Assembly (NCBI RefSeq): GCF_006345805.1
Contig: NC_042997.1
Location: forward strand, 150,164,001 to 150,228,000
Reading direction: 5' to 3'
DNA from: Octopus sinensis
Taxonomy: Eukaryota
Length of the DNA: 64,000 nt
A program made the translations under genes and the position numbers. Below are positions 1 to 13,881 of the stretch, in pieces (positions within the stretch are counted from its first letter, which is position 1; every line of letters begins with the position of its first letter). The notes under the pieces were generated by a model, which saw nothing but the letters and a program-made list of their open reading frames with translations, searched no databases and was not told the DNA's origin.

Positions 1-200
1 TTTCAAATGATTTGGCAGACGGAAACAGAAACAAGCCCATTATATGTATACATCTATGTATGTATTTCTACTTGCGCTTGTCGCAAACCACTTCTTATCA
101 ACCACTGTTGGTTTTTTTATTTCCTTGTAATTTAATGGTTCGGCAAAAGACGCCAATAGATGATGCACTAGGTTTTGAAATTGTAAATACCGGGATCGAT
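1..200 (+). mobile_element. Degenerate fragment of SINE family B
   Basis: 'atttggcagacggaaacagaaacaagccc' and 'ggttcggcaaaagacgccaatag' match the better-preserved copies at 40490-40820 and 43283-43710. Confidence 0.5.
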
Positions 201-1195
201 TCGTTCGACTATACCCTTCAAGGCGATATCACAGAATAGCTTCTTACTGTAAAACGGTGTTACAGAAATAAAATATAGGTCTTCTCCCAGTTAAACAGTA
301 CAGTTTTGTCTACAATCAGAAACAAATAGCATTCAGGTTCACATACTTTTCAGGAATTCATTTCTCACTGGCAGTTACTTCCTACGGTGAAAGCAGATAG
401 CCAAAAATCAAGATATTCATGCATATTATTAATACACATATGTCTTCCTTTCAAACCGCAACTTCAGAATTTTGAAAGCAATTCCCTCTCTTCCAAGTAT
501 GTGATACATATATATGTATTTGCCTGTGTGTGTCTGAGCGTTATGCATATATACAATGGCATGTATGCTTATGAATACACGTTTGTACACATTTATGTAC
601 TTGCAAGTGTTAATGTGCTGAAAATAGTAACGTGTCAATTAATACATATAAATTCATAAAATAGGTACAAGACTGAAACTAGTACTCGAACTGATATTAT
701 TGACAAAAGACACTTGGAAGCCGTGCTGGAGAATGGCCACACTCGAACATCTAAAACCAGTAAAAGGAAGAGCAGCTATATGTCTCTCTGTCTATGTATC
801 TTGATGTATGTGCCATTCAAAACACATTACTACTATTTATTATTATTGTTTACAAACAATACACAATGCTTCAAGCGAACTACAATATTCTCCTATATAT
901 ATATAATGTTGAGGATGGCAAAATATTGTGGTTTACCATCCAATAGCACTTCGAACATCCACTGCAGAGGATGGAAATAACAATATCAAAACGTATGTAG
1001 GAAATACATTATATAGATTGCATCATGTGCTTATCATAATTCTTCTCACATTTTCACTGAATATTATAAACTGCAATACTGCTGATATAGCAGTAACCAC
1101 TTCGCTTTATTCGAAAGAGTCTAGTTGCTGATACGCTACGTGGAACTCTAAATTGGCCAGTCACTGTCGTACATACAACTGCACGCATATGATAA

Positions 1196-1197
<2 letters not shown>

Positions 1198-1242
<45 letters not shown>

Positions 1243-1270
1243 ATAGAGGCGCGCATGCGCATACATACGT

Positions 1271-1328
<58 letters not shown>

Positions 1329-1362
1329 GAATGTGTGCATATGCAGTCCCTAAAACACAAGC

Positions 1363-1421
<59 letters not shown>

Positions 1422-1440
1422 TAATAATAATAATAATAAT
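1198..1440. repeat. Compound (TA)n and (AAT)n microsatellites
   Basis: Directly visible; source of the YIYI and poly-I pseudo-ORFs. Confidence 0.95.
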
Positions 1441-1855
1441 AAAGACAGTAAAATAAGGAACCAAACGTGTTGAATAACGATATCCGCCTAATTAAAGTGA
1501 CACCGCAGAGAAAAGAAGTGTCAAGTTATATTCCTTTCAAATTTTCATTCACTCGAGTACTTTACCATCTTACGGTTGTTTGCGTGAGAATTCTTTAGAA
1601 TCCCTATAAAGGAACTTAACGATAAAACAACTGTGAAGAATCTAACATACTATGTTAAGCTTCTTCAAATTTCCCAGCAACTGGCAACAGTGCGCGCGCG
1701 CGTACACATAGACATATACACACGGGATAACTATTTAAAATTTATTTTCCTAATAACTTTTCGAGTTAATTTATATACTTAAAATTGTAAGTGTATTCCG
1801 GTTTCATCTAGTTTTTTTAAAGATCGTAGTGGTACATTATTAATAGATATTGCGA

Positions 1856-1906
<51 letters not shown>

Positions 1907-2091
1907 GGCGGCGAGTTGGTAGAATCGTTAGTACGCTGGACCAAATGCTTAGCGGTATTTCGTCCGCCGCTACATCATGAATTCGAATTCCGCTGAGCTC
2001 AACTTTGCCTTTCATCCTTTCGATTTCGATAGAATAAATCGACTAATCCACTGTCCCAAAATTGTCTACCCTTGTGGCAAAATTTGAAACC
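1907..2091 (+). mobile_element. tRNA-related SINE, family A
   Basis: Starts 'ggcggcgagttggtagaatcgttag' (A-box-like), has a B-box-like 'aattcgaattcc' and the core 'caactttgcctttcatcctttcg'. Homologous copy at 15835. Lies in a (TTA)n tract. Confidence 0.8.
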
Positions 2092-2106
2092 TTTATTATT
2101 ATTATT

Positions 2107-2662
2107 GAGTGGGAGAGCACTGCATGCCTTCAAAGGGACATTGGGGTAAAATATACGAAGCCCAATATACCCATCGTGACTACACGTCTGATATGGGTAC
2201 ACCAGGCACATGCATCACAACCATATATGCATGCGATATAATGATAACATCTCAAGATAAACAGTGCATGACCTTGCATGTGGGGCCCAGTTAGAATCTT
2301 CCTGAGGTGGAGTTGCCTATTTTGTTCAAAAGGTCCCTGAATAAGGGTTATTTAAGGATGTTGAACGAAACACCCATGTTTCCAGAGGTGAATTATCCAA
2401 ACTCCAAAGAATTCCTCTCAGCATATGTCTATGATGCTCACCCACTACTTCTGCTCGTGATCAAAGATGCATATATCATCAGCCACTAAGGGACATGCTC
2501 AACTAGTTTAAGTCAAACAACTGACTAGCAAATCTGTAGTATTAAGCAGAATATTTGCTGTAGCCCGTCTTTTATAACAAGTCAAAACAGTCTACATGAT
2601 TACACTTCCAGTCAGTTAAGATCAGAAGCCATGAGAGCTACTGTCTGCTACTGCATCAGGGC
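2107..2662 (-). mobile_element. ~560-bp non-coding interspersed repeat with a (TAA)n tail (non-autonomous retroelement or LINE UTR)
   Basis: Colinear with 15211-15633 (e.g. 'aagggacatgctcaact', 'acttctgctcgtgatca'). The minus strand ends 'ctctcccactc(aat)n'. Flanked by trinucleotide microsatellites. Confidence 0.75.
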
Positions 2663-2672
2663 TTAAGTATTG

Positions 2673-2764
<92 letters not shown>

Positions 2765-3780
2765 GAGGTGATCTTCTGAACAAAGACGTATTCGTTCTGA
2801 TCGTTAACATCAGATTTCTTTCAGCATTTAGAATATATATTTTCCGTAATTATGGTATGAGTCTATTCACTAGGTAGCTCTAGCTAGCTTCGTAAACAGC
2901 TTTCTATTTTAGTTTGCTTGTAATATAACTTTTATGGCTAAACACTGAGATAATTAGTCTATCGCATAAAGAAAATCGAGCTAAGGGAAATAATCAAAAT
3001 AAACGAAAAACCATCGATGAAAAACATTATACAAGTATTAATGCACGGAAAATTTGTTCATCAGTATTTCTTGAGGAATTCAAATTTCCTATTTAAAGAA
3101 CGGAAGCAAGAGCCTATTTGTAATCATTAGCAACTCATAATAAAATGGGATATAATTACAAAAATAATTAATAAAATATACTAATTATCATGCTTAAAAG
3201 AAATATGGTCGTTGTTAGTGAGGTCTTTGTCGGCAACGAACTTGTTTGAGCGGTTTGAATTCTCTTGGTCTACTTTTTGTTTTGCGTTGTAGTGATGCCT
3301 TTTTGTACATGCACGGTAAGCTGTCTGCAAAATGTAGCATCTGTCCAACTATGTTAATAAATACAATCTTGGCGTTTACTATTTAAAGTTGTACAAACAT
3401 ATTGGCAAATGACATTAATTATCGAAAATTGAATGGGCGGTATCCAAGCTTTGTGGTCTTTTGATAGTGACTTTGATAATTACTTTGTTTTTGTAGTACA
3501 TTAATAATATATGATGACGGAATATAATGCATATAATATTCTGTTGGATGATATTGAAAATAACATAATCACCTATCCTATATCCAGTGTTATTTTGTTC
3601 ATATATTACATATTGCGTGGATCATTTGTTATAACTAGGTATTTTGATTGCTGTGTTTACTGTGTTCATTTTGTTTCTGCGCTGCTATGTAATTTGGTAT
3701 ATTAAATTCTTTGTATTCCAATTGTTCATTACAATTTCATTTATTCTGTAATAATTATTTTAATTATATTTTGTTTGCAG

Positions 3781-3863
3781 TGCTTCATTTGTGGAGGAGA
3801 ATCTAAAGGCTCTTCTGAGTAAAGGATTTTACACATATCTATGTGGACATTCACTAACTCCAT
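3781..3863 (+). other. Candidate isolated exon (unverified)
   Basis: Acceptor 'ttttgtttgcag' and donor 'gtaagt'. One open frame (ASFVEENLKALLSKGFYTYLCGHSLTP) with no recognisable homology. Confidence 0.25.
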
Positions 3864-5266
3864 GTAAGTAATCGCATTTATTTATAAATCGTGTCAGTAT
3901 AACTTGTAGAAAATTTGTGCTTGTTTTTTCAACCGCCGGGTAAACATTATTGTATAAGGTCAGCATAGAAAACTTATCAAATGTATGCACGACCGCGCAT
4001 TGCATTTCCACACGTGGATAAATGAATGGAACCGTCATTTGTGTCTAGAACTGTATTTCCTAAACAAGATTTTCGATATCGCTAAACATTCAGTAATTTT
4101 GTTTCTTAGACATTTGCGTTCACCTCACTGTAAAGCATCAGGCAAGAACATATGTGCCCGTTTGTGTTTAATACTTTGGGAAATAGGGTAAGATACCGAA
4201 ATTTAGTAACAGAATTTATTTCGACATTTAGAAATTTATCTTATATGAAAAAATAGTAATAAACTGTAGAATGTGATAGGAATCGTTTTATAGATTAGTA
4301 ATCTACAATTAATAATTACATATATGTGTATGGTTGTGTATTTTACTTGACTACAATTGTATATCTTCCTGAGATTTGAAAGAATGGGAAACTAGACGAT
4401 TCTATTTACAGAGAAGCACATGTTTACTCCAGAATTGTTCAGCACGTCTGTATATTAGCTCATATGTGCATGAGTACTTGTCTGTAGTTTTTGTGTGTGG
4501 GGGTAGAGTGCAATAATTGGCTGACTTTTTAAATAACAACACCTACAGCTTTCTAAGCTACTAGCAATCTCCCTAGACATTGCAATTAATTGGCAAGAGA
4601 TAAAATATACGATTTGTTTAACTTATTCTGGAAATAAACAAAAGCAGAAAGTTGATTCTCGTGTATGTATGTATGTTTGTATGTATAAAATTTTATTCAT
4701 ATATATATATATATATGTGAAATTTTATATTTACTTTTAGTTTTATTGTAAAAGAAGGGATAATACACCTGAAGTAATATACGTTCATGCAAGAGAATAT
4801 CCTGGTAAAATGCGTATAAAATTAAAATCTTTTGATCACAAACTACAGAAATAATACCATTGCGTTGGTGCAGAAGAGATATTATTAGATTCGGGCGTGA
4901 CTTACTTTATGTCGTTTTATGTTTCAAACACTAAGAGTATAGGTATGATCAGACACAGACACATTTTCCTCTCGGCATTAAGAATTTAATTTTTGATATA
5001 AAAACATAGGCTATTTGTTCATTCCTGCAATAAGGAAAAAAGGTAATTAAGTGTATAAATTCATATAAATTTATATATGAGAGCAACGTCACATGGAGAA
5101 AGAACAAAAGATGTCGCTTTAAAAGGGAAGGTTACTACTTAACGGACACGAAATATGTTATTCGAAACGTTAGTGGTGAACAGTGATGATGAGAGCTCAA
5201 AAATGCTTTGGTGAATATATACTTTATTTGTGGATTGATAATGCTATATGCTCAATACCGCATTTA

Positions 5267-5344
<78 letters not shown>

Positions 5345-5348
<4 letters not shown>

Positions 5349-5639
5349 CGTGATCACCGTGACCGACCAGGCTATCAGATGTTGCTACACATCGCTGGTC
5401 AGATTGCGCTTCGCATTGTTTTAGCCTTCAAATGACGCCACCCCGCTGACTAAGCGAGCAGGCCAACAGAAGAAAGAGTGAAAGAAAGTTTTGGCGGAAG
5501 AGATCAGCAGGGATCGCCACAGCACCGTGGAGCTTTAGGTGTTTTCGCTCAATAAACTCTCACCACGCCCGGTCTGGGAATCGAAACCGAGATCCTACGA
5601 CCGCGAGTCCGTTGCCCTAACCACTGGGCCATTGCGCCT
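5345..5639 (-). mobile_element. Full-length tRNA(Arg)-like-headed SINE (resembles octopus OR-type SINEs)
   Basis: The minus strand begins 'aggcgcaatggcccagtggttagggcaacggactcgcggtcgtaggatctcggtttcgattccc' (A box, TCG anticodon-like loop, B box) and ends in a repeated 'tcacggtga' tail abutting (TA)n. Confidence 0.85.
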
Positions 5640-5664
5640 GCACACACACACACACACACACATT

Positions 5665-5819
5665 CTTTATTCGTGGAGTTAACAAGGCAACCAAAAGTTT
5701 CATGTCAAGAGATAATTGTTTAAACGTGCTACATGTATGTGTTGTTACTCGTCCCCTTATTGTATGAGAAAATCACTTCGTATGAAACCATTGGTTGACT
5801 TGTTAACCCGCAAATAAAG
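5665..5819. repeat. Imperfect ~40-bp inverted repeat
   Basis: 'ctttattcgtggagttaacaaggcaaccaaaagtttcatg' versus 'tatgaaaccattggttgacttgttaacccgcaaataaag'. Confidence 0.75.
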
Positions 5820-6139
5820 TAATATACATGTATCCAAATGTGAGTGCCATCATTTCTTGAAACTTAACACTAGGGCAGAATACTCTCAGTTCTTACACCA
5901 GTAATATAGTCGCTTGCATAAGACTGCAATGAGGAAAGACCAAATACCACACACAGACATATAGCTTTCATTGTATATTATTGCACTCTACCTAAAAGTA
6001 GTGTCGTACATCGTTTCGCTTAACCTCACTTCACATGAGAACGGCACTACCGTTGTTTATATTTGCTATGAGTGTGTACAAACACAAACATATATTTTGT
6101 GCCTGAGAGTGTAGATGTGTACATACCTATATATATATG

Positions 6140-6174
<35 letters not shown>

Positions 6175-6250
6175 TTGCGTGTGCGTATTAATACTATATA
6201 AGCCATAATATATACATTCATATATATAAAGACATGTATGTATTAATAAT

Positions 6251-6284
<34 letters not shown>

Positions 6285-9200
6285 GAACATATATATACAT
6301 TTATCTATGCGTATGTGTCTATACTATTGTACATAAATATATATTTTTGAAGTATATATGTATATTTCTGCGGATATTTGAGTTTGTGTATATAAATATG
6401 GCTGTATGTGTGCATATATAATACATGTATATAGTGTGTGTGGTGTGCATATGTTGTGTTTGTCTATATATATATATATTCGTATATACAATACAATTGC
6501 ATGCATGTGTTCTTATATATAGAAATGCGATTTTATGTGTGTGTTTTTGCAACGCACCTAATACACAGCTGCGCTGTAAATGTCTATTTGACAATGTCTC
6601 AATATCAATATCTATAAAGAAATTCCAAAAATGAAAATCAGATTATCAACAATATATATGTTCCATATCTCGTCACTAATCGCATAGTTAAGTAAATTGA
6701 TACATTGCTATGTACATGAAACATGAAACATTCACCTATTCTACAACATACAGTATCTTATGGTTCACCAGATTCTTTCAAAGATTTACAAAGTGAATCG
6801 CATCGAGGTTTTCCTTTCATATGACTATTTATGGTTTTTCTATTCTGGTGCAATACGATAATTGAATTTATTCACTTCATATAAACTTTATAGTAATCCT
6901 ACTTTATGAAGTAATACCGTTTCTTCCATACGTAGGTAACACGGATACAAATCACAAATGTTTAGAGAAATAAAAGCCATGAAGTCCTACGCATATATAT
7001 ATATATATAAACACATAATATTGAAAGTGAGCACGTGTTGTATTCAATTTCTCAAACATACATATGTGTATCGTATTTGTTACTTAGGGCACACATGACA
7101 ATATAAACTCATTGATTTAGCTAGGGATATTTGTATATATGTAAGTATATATATAAATGTGTATGTATGTTTTTATTTGTTTGTAGGTGTGCCTATGTTT
7201 CATGTGAACATTTGTACACGTAGGTGCACCTGTATATACGCAAGTGTGCATGCATATACGTTAGTCTATGTATATACTTACATGTTTTCGTATATAAGTA
7301 TTCATTTCCACATGCTCATCTGTGTGAATATTACAGCGATTCTTTTAGTCAAATACAAATGCAAACGTATTTTATGCTATTGATGCGGAGGTAAACGTTT
7401 AAGGGCATTTCTTAACGGTTCGTTTCCCGGTAGTTGATCACTCCTCAAACAAGTCCCTCCCAGCGGGTCAGCTAGTAAATAAAGCAGGCTTAAGGCGAAC
7501 TGATTTATTTGCATATTAGCGCTTTTGACTGCTCTTCATTAATTAGCATTTTTGTACAAAACACAGCGTAAATCAGAATTATTGAAATATATCTAAACAA
7601 TACAAAGCCTCACGGTATGGTGAATAATTACCGAAACATCATGTGTATGTTATGTGCAGTAAAACAGGGTAGATAATCGTTTGATAGATTGTTACTGATT
7701 AGGGATGAAATCTTGAGGATTATAGAAGGAATTATGGAACGATTCGTCTGTAGACTAACACCCTCACTTTGCTACGCATTAACAGCTTAAAAATAAAGTA
7801 TTACCAGTGTTACTTTTACACACAATAAGGATTTGTAATATTGAAATTTAGTTCAGTTCTGCTGATTTACGCTTTGCTGTTGCATAACACACACAATCAC
7901 ACGTACATTAACCAGAACATGGTTCGTGTTGGATACACTTCAAGAAAGAAATCAGTGCATTATAATGTGGAATCGATATTGCTTTGACTGTACAGTTTCT
8001 CCACTACATCCATGTATTCCTTCAAAGGCGTTTGAATATATTCAAATTTCATTGAGATAATTGTACAGTTGTGTGACATCACGTAGTTATTATATACTCA
8101 TACAAATATTCTTACAAATATACATATATAATTGATTTTTATACGTATGCTTGTATGAATACATACTATAAGACATCATAATGTTGTCTAAAATCCCCAT
8201 CTAAATCTGATCAATTTTATTTTGTATATTGAAATCTTAGTCAGTGTAGGAACGGCCATTTCTAGTGAACGCCTTCAGATCTGTTAAAAACGGCTGGAAT
8301 TTTATCCTCACACTGTGTAATTGAGTCGAATACTCACAACAAAGATTATGCTCTCCTTAAGTGTCATGTAGTTTCGTTAAATCGGGTTATGAATTAAGTC
8401 TATTGACCTGCATGCAGATCGAACCGATCCTTACATAGGATTCATACAATTTCCTTCAAGTAAATGTCAATAACAAAGTTTTGGTAGATCTGAGGCTACA
8501 GCAGAATATTGATATGCTGGGCGATCAGTTTGATTTTGATACCTGCGTCTCCATGTACAATTCAAATTTTCTAACCCTCTGGGTGTGTGCCTGTAAGGGT
8601 CTAAGCGGTGAGCTTGTGAAAGCAGCTAAGTTTTTCTCAAACCTCACTCCACTATTTTCAATATGACAGGAACACATGATACTGTATTACATGTTTTTAA
8701 AATAAAAGGAGTGTTGCAACATTATTGCTTTCTAATGATAGGTCTAACCTATCGCAATTGACCTCATGTTAAAAGAAAAAATTTGGAACAGCAATAATTT
8801 GTCCAGCAGTATTCTTTAGTTAAGGTATGATGTCACTGTTAGGCGTAAGACTCACCATGATCGTTAGATTGTTGGTTCGATTCTCGCACCGAGCAGTCTC
8901 TTATGTTCTTGTGTGGTCGTAACAGAAACTTCTTTGATCATATGTGTTTCTTGATTAGTTTGGTGCAACATATTATCCTTAGAAGTTTAACAACTTAGCC
9001 TGTATGCAGTTGCTCCATCTGATAAGATTAGCAACCAAATTGCACACAAATGGTTCCTAACCGTAAAGGAAAGATGCATGCTGCATCTAAAGCAACATTA
9101 TAATAATTTGAATTTAAAGCAAACAATACCAGCTGAATCGTTTTCAGGATATGTATACTCAGTCAGTGTTGATTTCGGGTTAAAACAGCAATTGCTTAAA

Positions 9201-10819
9201 AAACTGAAGGATATTGATATGTTCGAATTTATTTCTATCTAGTATTGTGAAGAAAAAAAATGTTTCTCGTACATGTAAGATAAAAGAAGTCAACGTTCTA
9301 TTCATCTTTGTAGTCCTCTAGCCTCAAAACAAAAATCAGTTACTAAAATTATTTTTTAATTACATTTAAATAAATCGTGAAGATAAACCAAGTTTATTTG
9401 ATAAAGACATTCTGAAATTGGGTTAATTTAATTAAAAAGAATGATGAATTAAATAATCTTAATAATGTAGTTAGAAATATTAGTTGAAATCATAAGCTTA
9501 ATCCATTTTTAGCTTTCTGTCTTTTCAGTTGTATTTATTCATTCATTTATTGGTTAGTCATTCAACACACTGTTTGCTTTTTTTCCCCCTTTTTCTTTTT
9601 CAACAAATTCTAAATCTAGATTTGAAAAAAAGCTTTGGGACATGTAAATAGATATTTTAACTTAATGACTCGACTAAGTAGTAAAGCTGGTCTTCAAATT
9701 TACGTTCAACAGAATCTCGCTCACTTAGTTTATAAACTCTAATGGTAGCAGTTAGATTCCATCTATTGAATACAGTATCTTTTTTCGCAAGTCAAAGATT
9801 CCGATGTCTGCCCCCTCCATATCCTACGAAGGAAACAATCCTATTTTCTTAATTAGATAATTCATTTCACCAGTTTAAGAGACTATAATTTCATTTGGCT
9901 TTAGATAGTCATTTTAGCGTTTTAAATAAACAATTCTTTTCTGAGTACATTTAAAAAAATTTGAGTTATTTTTTTATACTATTTTTAAATTCGTTTATTT
10001 TAGCTAAAATTTCTTCTAAAATTAGTCTTTAGATTTAAAATATTTATTTGTTTATTTCCATCCTCAGAAAAAAAAGTAAAAAAATAAACGATAGCTCATC
10101 TTGATTTCAGCTGTATTCAATTCTTAGTAACTTTCTTTTGTAATTCAACAAAACTGCGTTTATTCGCCTCATTTATAATTTCTTTTATTGTGTTTTATTA
10201 TCAAGTAGTTAAATAATTTAATGTTTCCTAAAGTTTATTTATATTTCACCCTTGACAGTTTTTGTATTGCCTTAATAATATAAACGAGCCTGGAAAATAT
10301 TTTAAAGAAATAACAAAATTCTCACATAGTGTTTGTTTATTATTTGATTTGATTCATATAAACAATCATTGTTTTAGAACGAAGTAAAAGGAACGCTGTC
10401 CATAGTTATTGTTCAGCTTTTAGTTTTGTAGAGCGATGCGTGTAAATGGAGTAGTCGAATAACATTTACATAGAGCTGTTATTCTAGAGAAGGTTAGGAT
10501 GAAACGTTTAGCATACAGCATTCAATTCAAAATGAAATGAATTAGACAAAGCAGATGTGTCATGTGTCTCCGGCGGATATTTTACATAACTAGTTACTTC
10601 AAAGGAACAAGGATGTTTTGTAGTAACGGTAGAAGTAACACAAACAGGACGTGACACGGCAGGAGCTTGTTGGTGAGCAACATTTTGTTAGGTAACCAGA
10701 TATGGCTGTTCTCTGGCACCAAAAATAATATTTGTTCTTTCACTATTATACCAATTTCAATCATTTGGCTGCTATCACGCATGCGCTTTGATTTAATGAT
10801 TTTTCTCCAAAAGTTATTT

Positions 10820-11108
10820 AAAGTCTTATTTTATCGATCTCTTTAAAACGAAGTTTGGAGGGATATATCCCAACATCACTTACCAAGTTATCAAGCGGCG
10901 TGAGACAATCACAATATATATGCGTGTTGTGTACACAAACACACACACGCCCGGACACACACATACACACACATCTTCGCAGTTTCCATCTTCCAAATTC
11001 ACTCGCTAAATATCAGTCGGTGTTATAGTACAAGACATTTGCCCAACGTAGTGAATTCGAAGTGCGAATTGCGAAGTGAGCTTCTTAGCTACACAGCCAT
11101 ACCTGCAC
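10820..11108 (-). mobile_element. Degenerate SINE family B
   Basis: 'cagtttccatcttccaaattcactc...tatagtacaagacatttgcccaa...cacagccatacctgcac' is the reverse complement of family B, including its internal CA/TG microsatellite. Confidence 0.65.
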
Positions 11109-11472
11109 ATATATCATATTGTCTGGAGAGAAATCTTACTCTATTACTACATCATTCAAAATCATTGCATATATTTACCAGTAGACTTGGCGTACGTTAG
11201 AATTCTGAAACACATAGGTTATATTACAAAATATACTTTTTTTAAAGGTGAAGTCAAGGGTAGAAGATCGGTACTTATGGAATCTTTAAGTTCTCATATA
11301 CTAACGAGGAAGAAGAGAACTTGTTCTTGGAGCAGAAGCCAGTCCAGAGTGCTTACGGAAGATAGCAGTTTATTAAATACTTTAAGGAGGAGAAGGAGGT
11401 GGTGGTGTTAAGGTGGTCAATTGATTAAGTCTGTCACCTCGAAACTGGATGGCTCCTCTGATGTTTTTCCAT

Positions 11473-11640
11473 ACAGCTTCCATCTACTAGATTTCCTTGG
11501 TAAACCTATTGTGCAAGCAAACTTATAATAGCAGTCATTCCTAAGTCTGCTAAACTTGCCCGAGGCGCTAAACGATGGATTTGAACTCCAAACCATCTGG
11601 TTGTAATGAGAACGTCGTAACTGTACAGCGATATCTACGC
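11473..11640 (-). mobile_element. Degenerate SINE family B, 5' half
   Basis: 'cagcttccatctactagatt...acttgcccgaggcgct...tttgaactccaaaccatctggttg'. Confidence 0.5.
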
Positions 11641-13365
11641 TTTATCAATTTACAACTGAAGTTTAGCTTTCCTCCCAAGTTTACGTAAAATGGAGGACAT
11701 ATACATTTGGAGAGTATTATGTTTTTCTTCCTTAACCATAGCTTCATTTAACATTTGCTATTCAAAATGTTTACTAGATTCAGTCTGTTTAGGTATACAA
11801 GTATGTTTTGCCGTCAACTTTCCACTTTAGCAATATTTTTTTTATATAGTCATTGGTGATATTTGTTATTGTTCTTCTTTAAATTGTAAATCAGTTCTCA
11901 TCGAAACTTTTGCTCTTCCCATTCATTTAGAAGTGTATAAGTCTATGTTGTATAATGTTCTCCTCTTCTCAAAAATTGTTGGATATGAATTGAGATTGAT
12001 TTCAGTGCTATTTCTGTCAGGCCGATTAACCACATCGAGACAGATTCAGTAGTCTGACCTCACCTTTAGTGTTTCCATATGTAAAATTAGACTAGTAAAC
12101 GATTTTATTACCCCAAAGCGTTTTCACTCAGTGTTTATCAATTATCTTAACATCACTGGAATAAATAAGTTAAGTACTTAGTTTTGTACAAGCATATTTA
12201 TTCAATAGTGAAATACAATCGGAATGAAAAAGAACATGTTTTGATCAAATTGCGTCAGCTTGCTACAAAGAAATGCATATAATCTTAATTTTCACTCTGT
12301 GTCTCGTAAATATTTTAAGGAAAAAGAAAACAAATGTTTTTTTTCTATTTTTTGCACTTTTGATTTTCAATAACAAACAATTATTAATAATATTAATAAT
12401 GCACTTATTGCTATGCTACATAATTAATTGATTAGAAAATGGTACATATATTTATTAAAAGCTTTTATTAATAAAAAAAAATGCAAAACAAGTTTCAGTT
12501 TACATTATTCACATATTTGGTTTTCTTACAACTTTCGGGAAATGCATAGAAAGAAAATTAATGGAAAATTGACAATTTTATGCTGTACTTTCCAATACTA
12601 ATGGAAGCGACAGACATGGAAAATGTCCGGTATAATCTCAGATCAATGTCCAGTAGCTACTTCTACTTCAGATATATGGATTAAAACATCCTTATGATTT
12701 ACTTTTACATCAATGTGGGGTCGATAATTAGCAAACAAAAATAAATAAAACGAACATAGATATTACAGGAAATGATCAAAAATTATTTGCGAAGTTAGCT
12801 GAATAGTAAGGAAACAAATCCTTGAAAACTGGTAAGATTTCCAGTTAGAAAAGTGTCTTTGAGTGGCTTTCTCCCCCCGCTGAGACCGGCTAGGTACTTA
12901 AAATATGCTCTCTAACTGAAGTATTTAGTTGTAAGAAGATTAAATATTTCAAAAGCAGGAAGAAATTGCTGCAGATTAAATCGAAGACCTTGATGCATCG
13001 TACTTGCCTTTATCCTGCTGCAAAGGGCATTTTTGTAGATGGAGTACAACGATCAATATTGCGGTATAGCACCAGGAGTCATTGAAATCGATCAATATAC
13101 TGTTTGAGCTGCAAAATGTAGGATATGGAAACAAAGGTAGAAAGGAGAGGAAACATTCTATTTCGTTCTCCAATATTTGAATTGATTTTAATTTAGATTT
13201 GCAGGGATGCAAACAAATACATACGAAAATATTTCTATTATAATATATATATAACATAACATATATATGCGTGTGTGAGGAGGAGTGTGTGTGTGCGCGT
13301 ACACACATATATATGATGATCAAATATGTACATACATATTATATACATATATCTATGTATGTCTG

Positions 13366-13443
<78 letters not shown>

Positions 13444-13582
13444 AGGTGGTGCTATTAAGTTAGACATGGCCTGGGCCAATAATGGCCGAAACCTATCAAA
13501 GTATCAAAGTATCAAAGTATATATATATATATATATATATTTATAAAGGAAGATACATAAGTTTCTATAGGTTTATTATTTA

Positions 13583-13721
13583 TATTATTTACATTTGACA
13601 GATATTTGTTCTCATCTTGTTTGTTATTAACCCAACGTTTCGGCTGATATGCCCTCCAGCCTTCATTAGGTGTCTTGGGGAAATTTCGAACCTGAGTTCG
13701 CATTCCTAAGATATCTTTCGA

Positions 13722-13813
<92 letters not shown>

Positions 13814-13875
13814 TCACTACCTGGAATCGAACTCGGAATCTTGGAGTTAGCAGGCTGCGCTCTTAACCACTTACG
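13583..13875 (-). mobile_element. tRNA-headed SINE-like element with a hammerhead-like 3' module (left, inverted copy)
   Basis: Minus strand: 'cgtaagtggttaagagcgcagcctgctaactccaagattccgagttcgattcc' (A box, B box), then (AAT)n, then 'gacac ctaatga a ggctg..cagcc gaaa cgtt'. Confidence 0.8.
13629..13675 (-). ncRNA. Minimal hammerhead-like motif (core G5 changed to A)
   Basis: CTAATGA-A-GGCTG/CAGCC-GAAA-CGTT. Confidence 0.6.
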
Positions 13876-13881
13876 AGCTCT

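Noticed and set aside
13810-13875. Possible tRNA-Ser gene
   Set aside because: There is no acceptor stem or long variable arm, and it is the head of a duplicated SINE-like unit.
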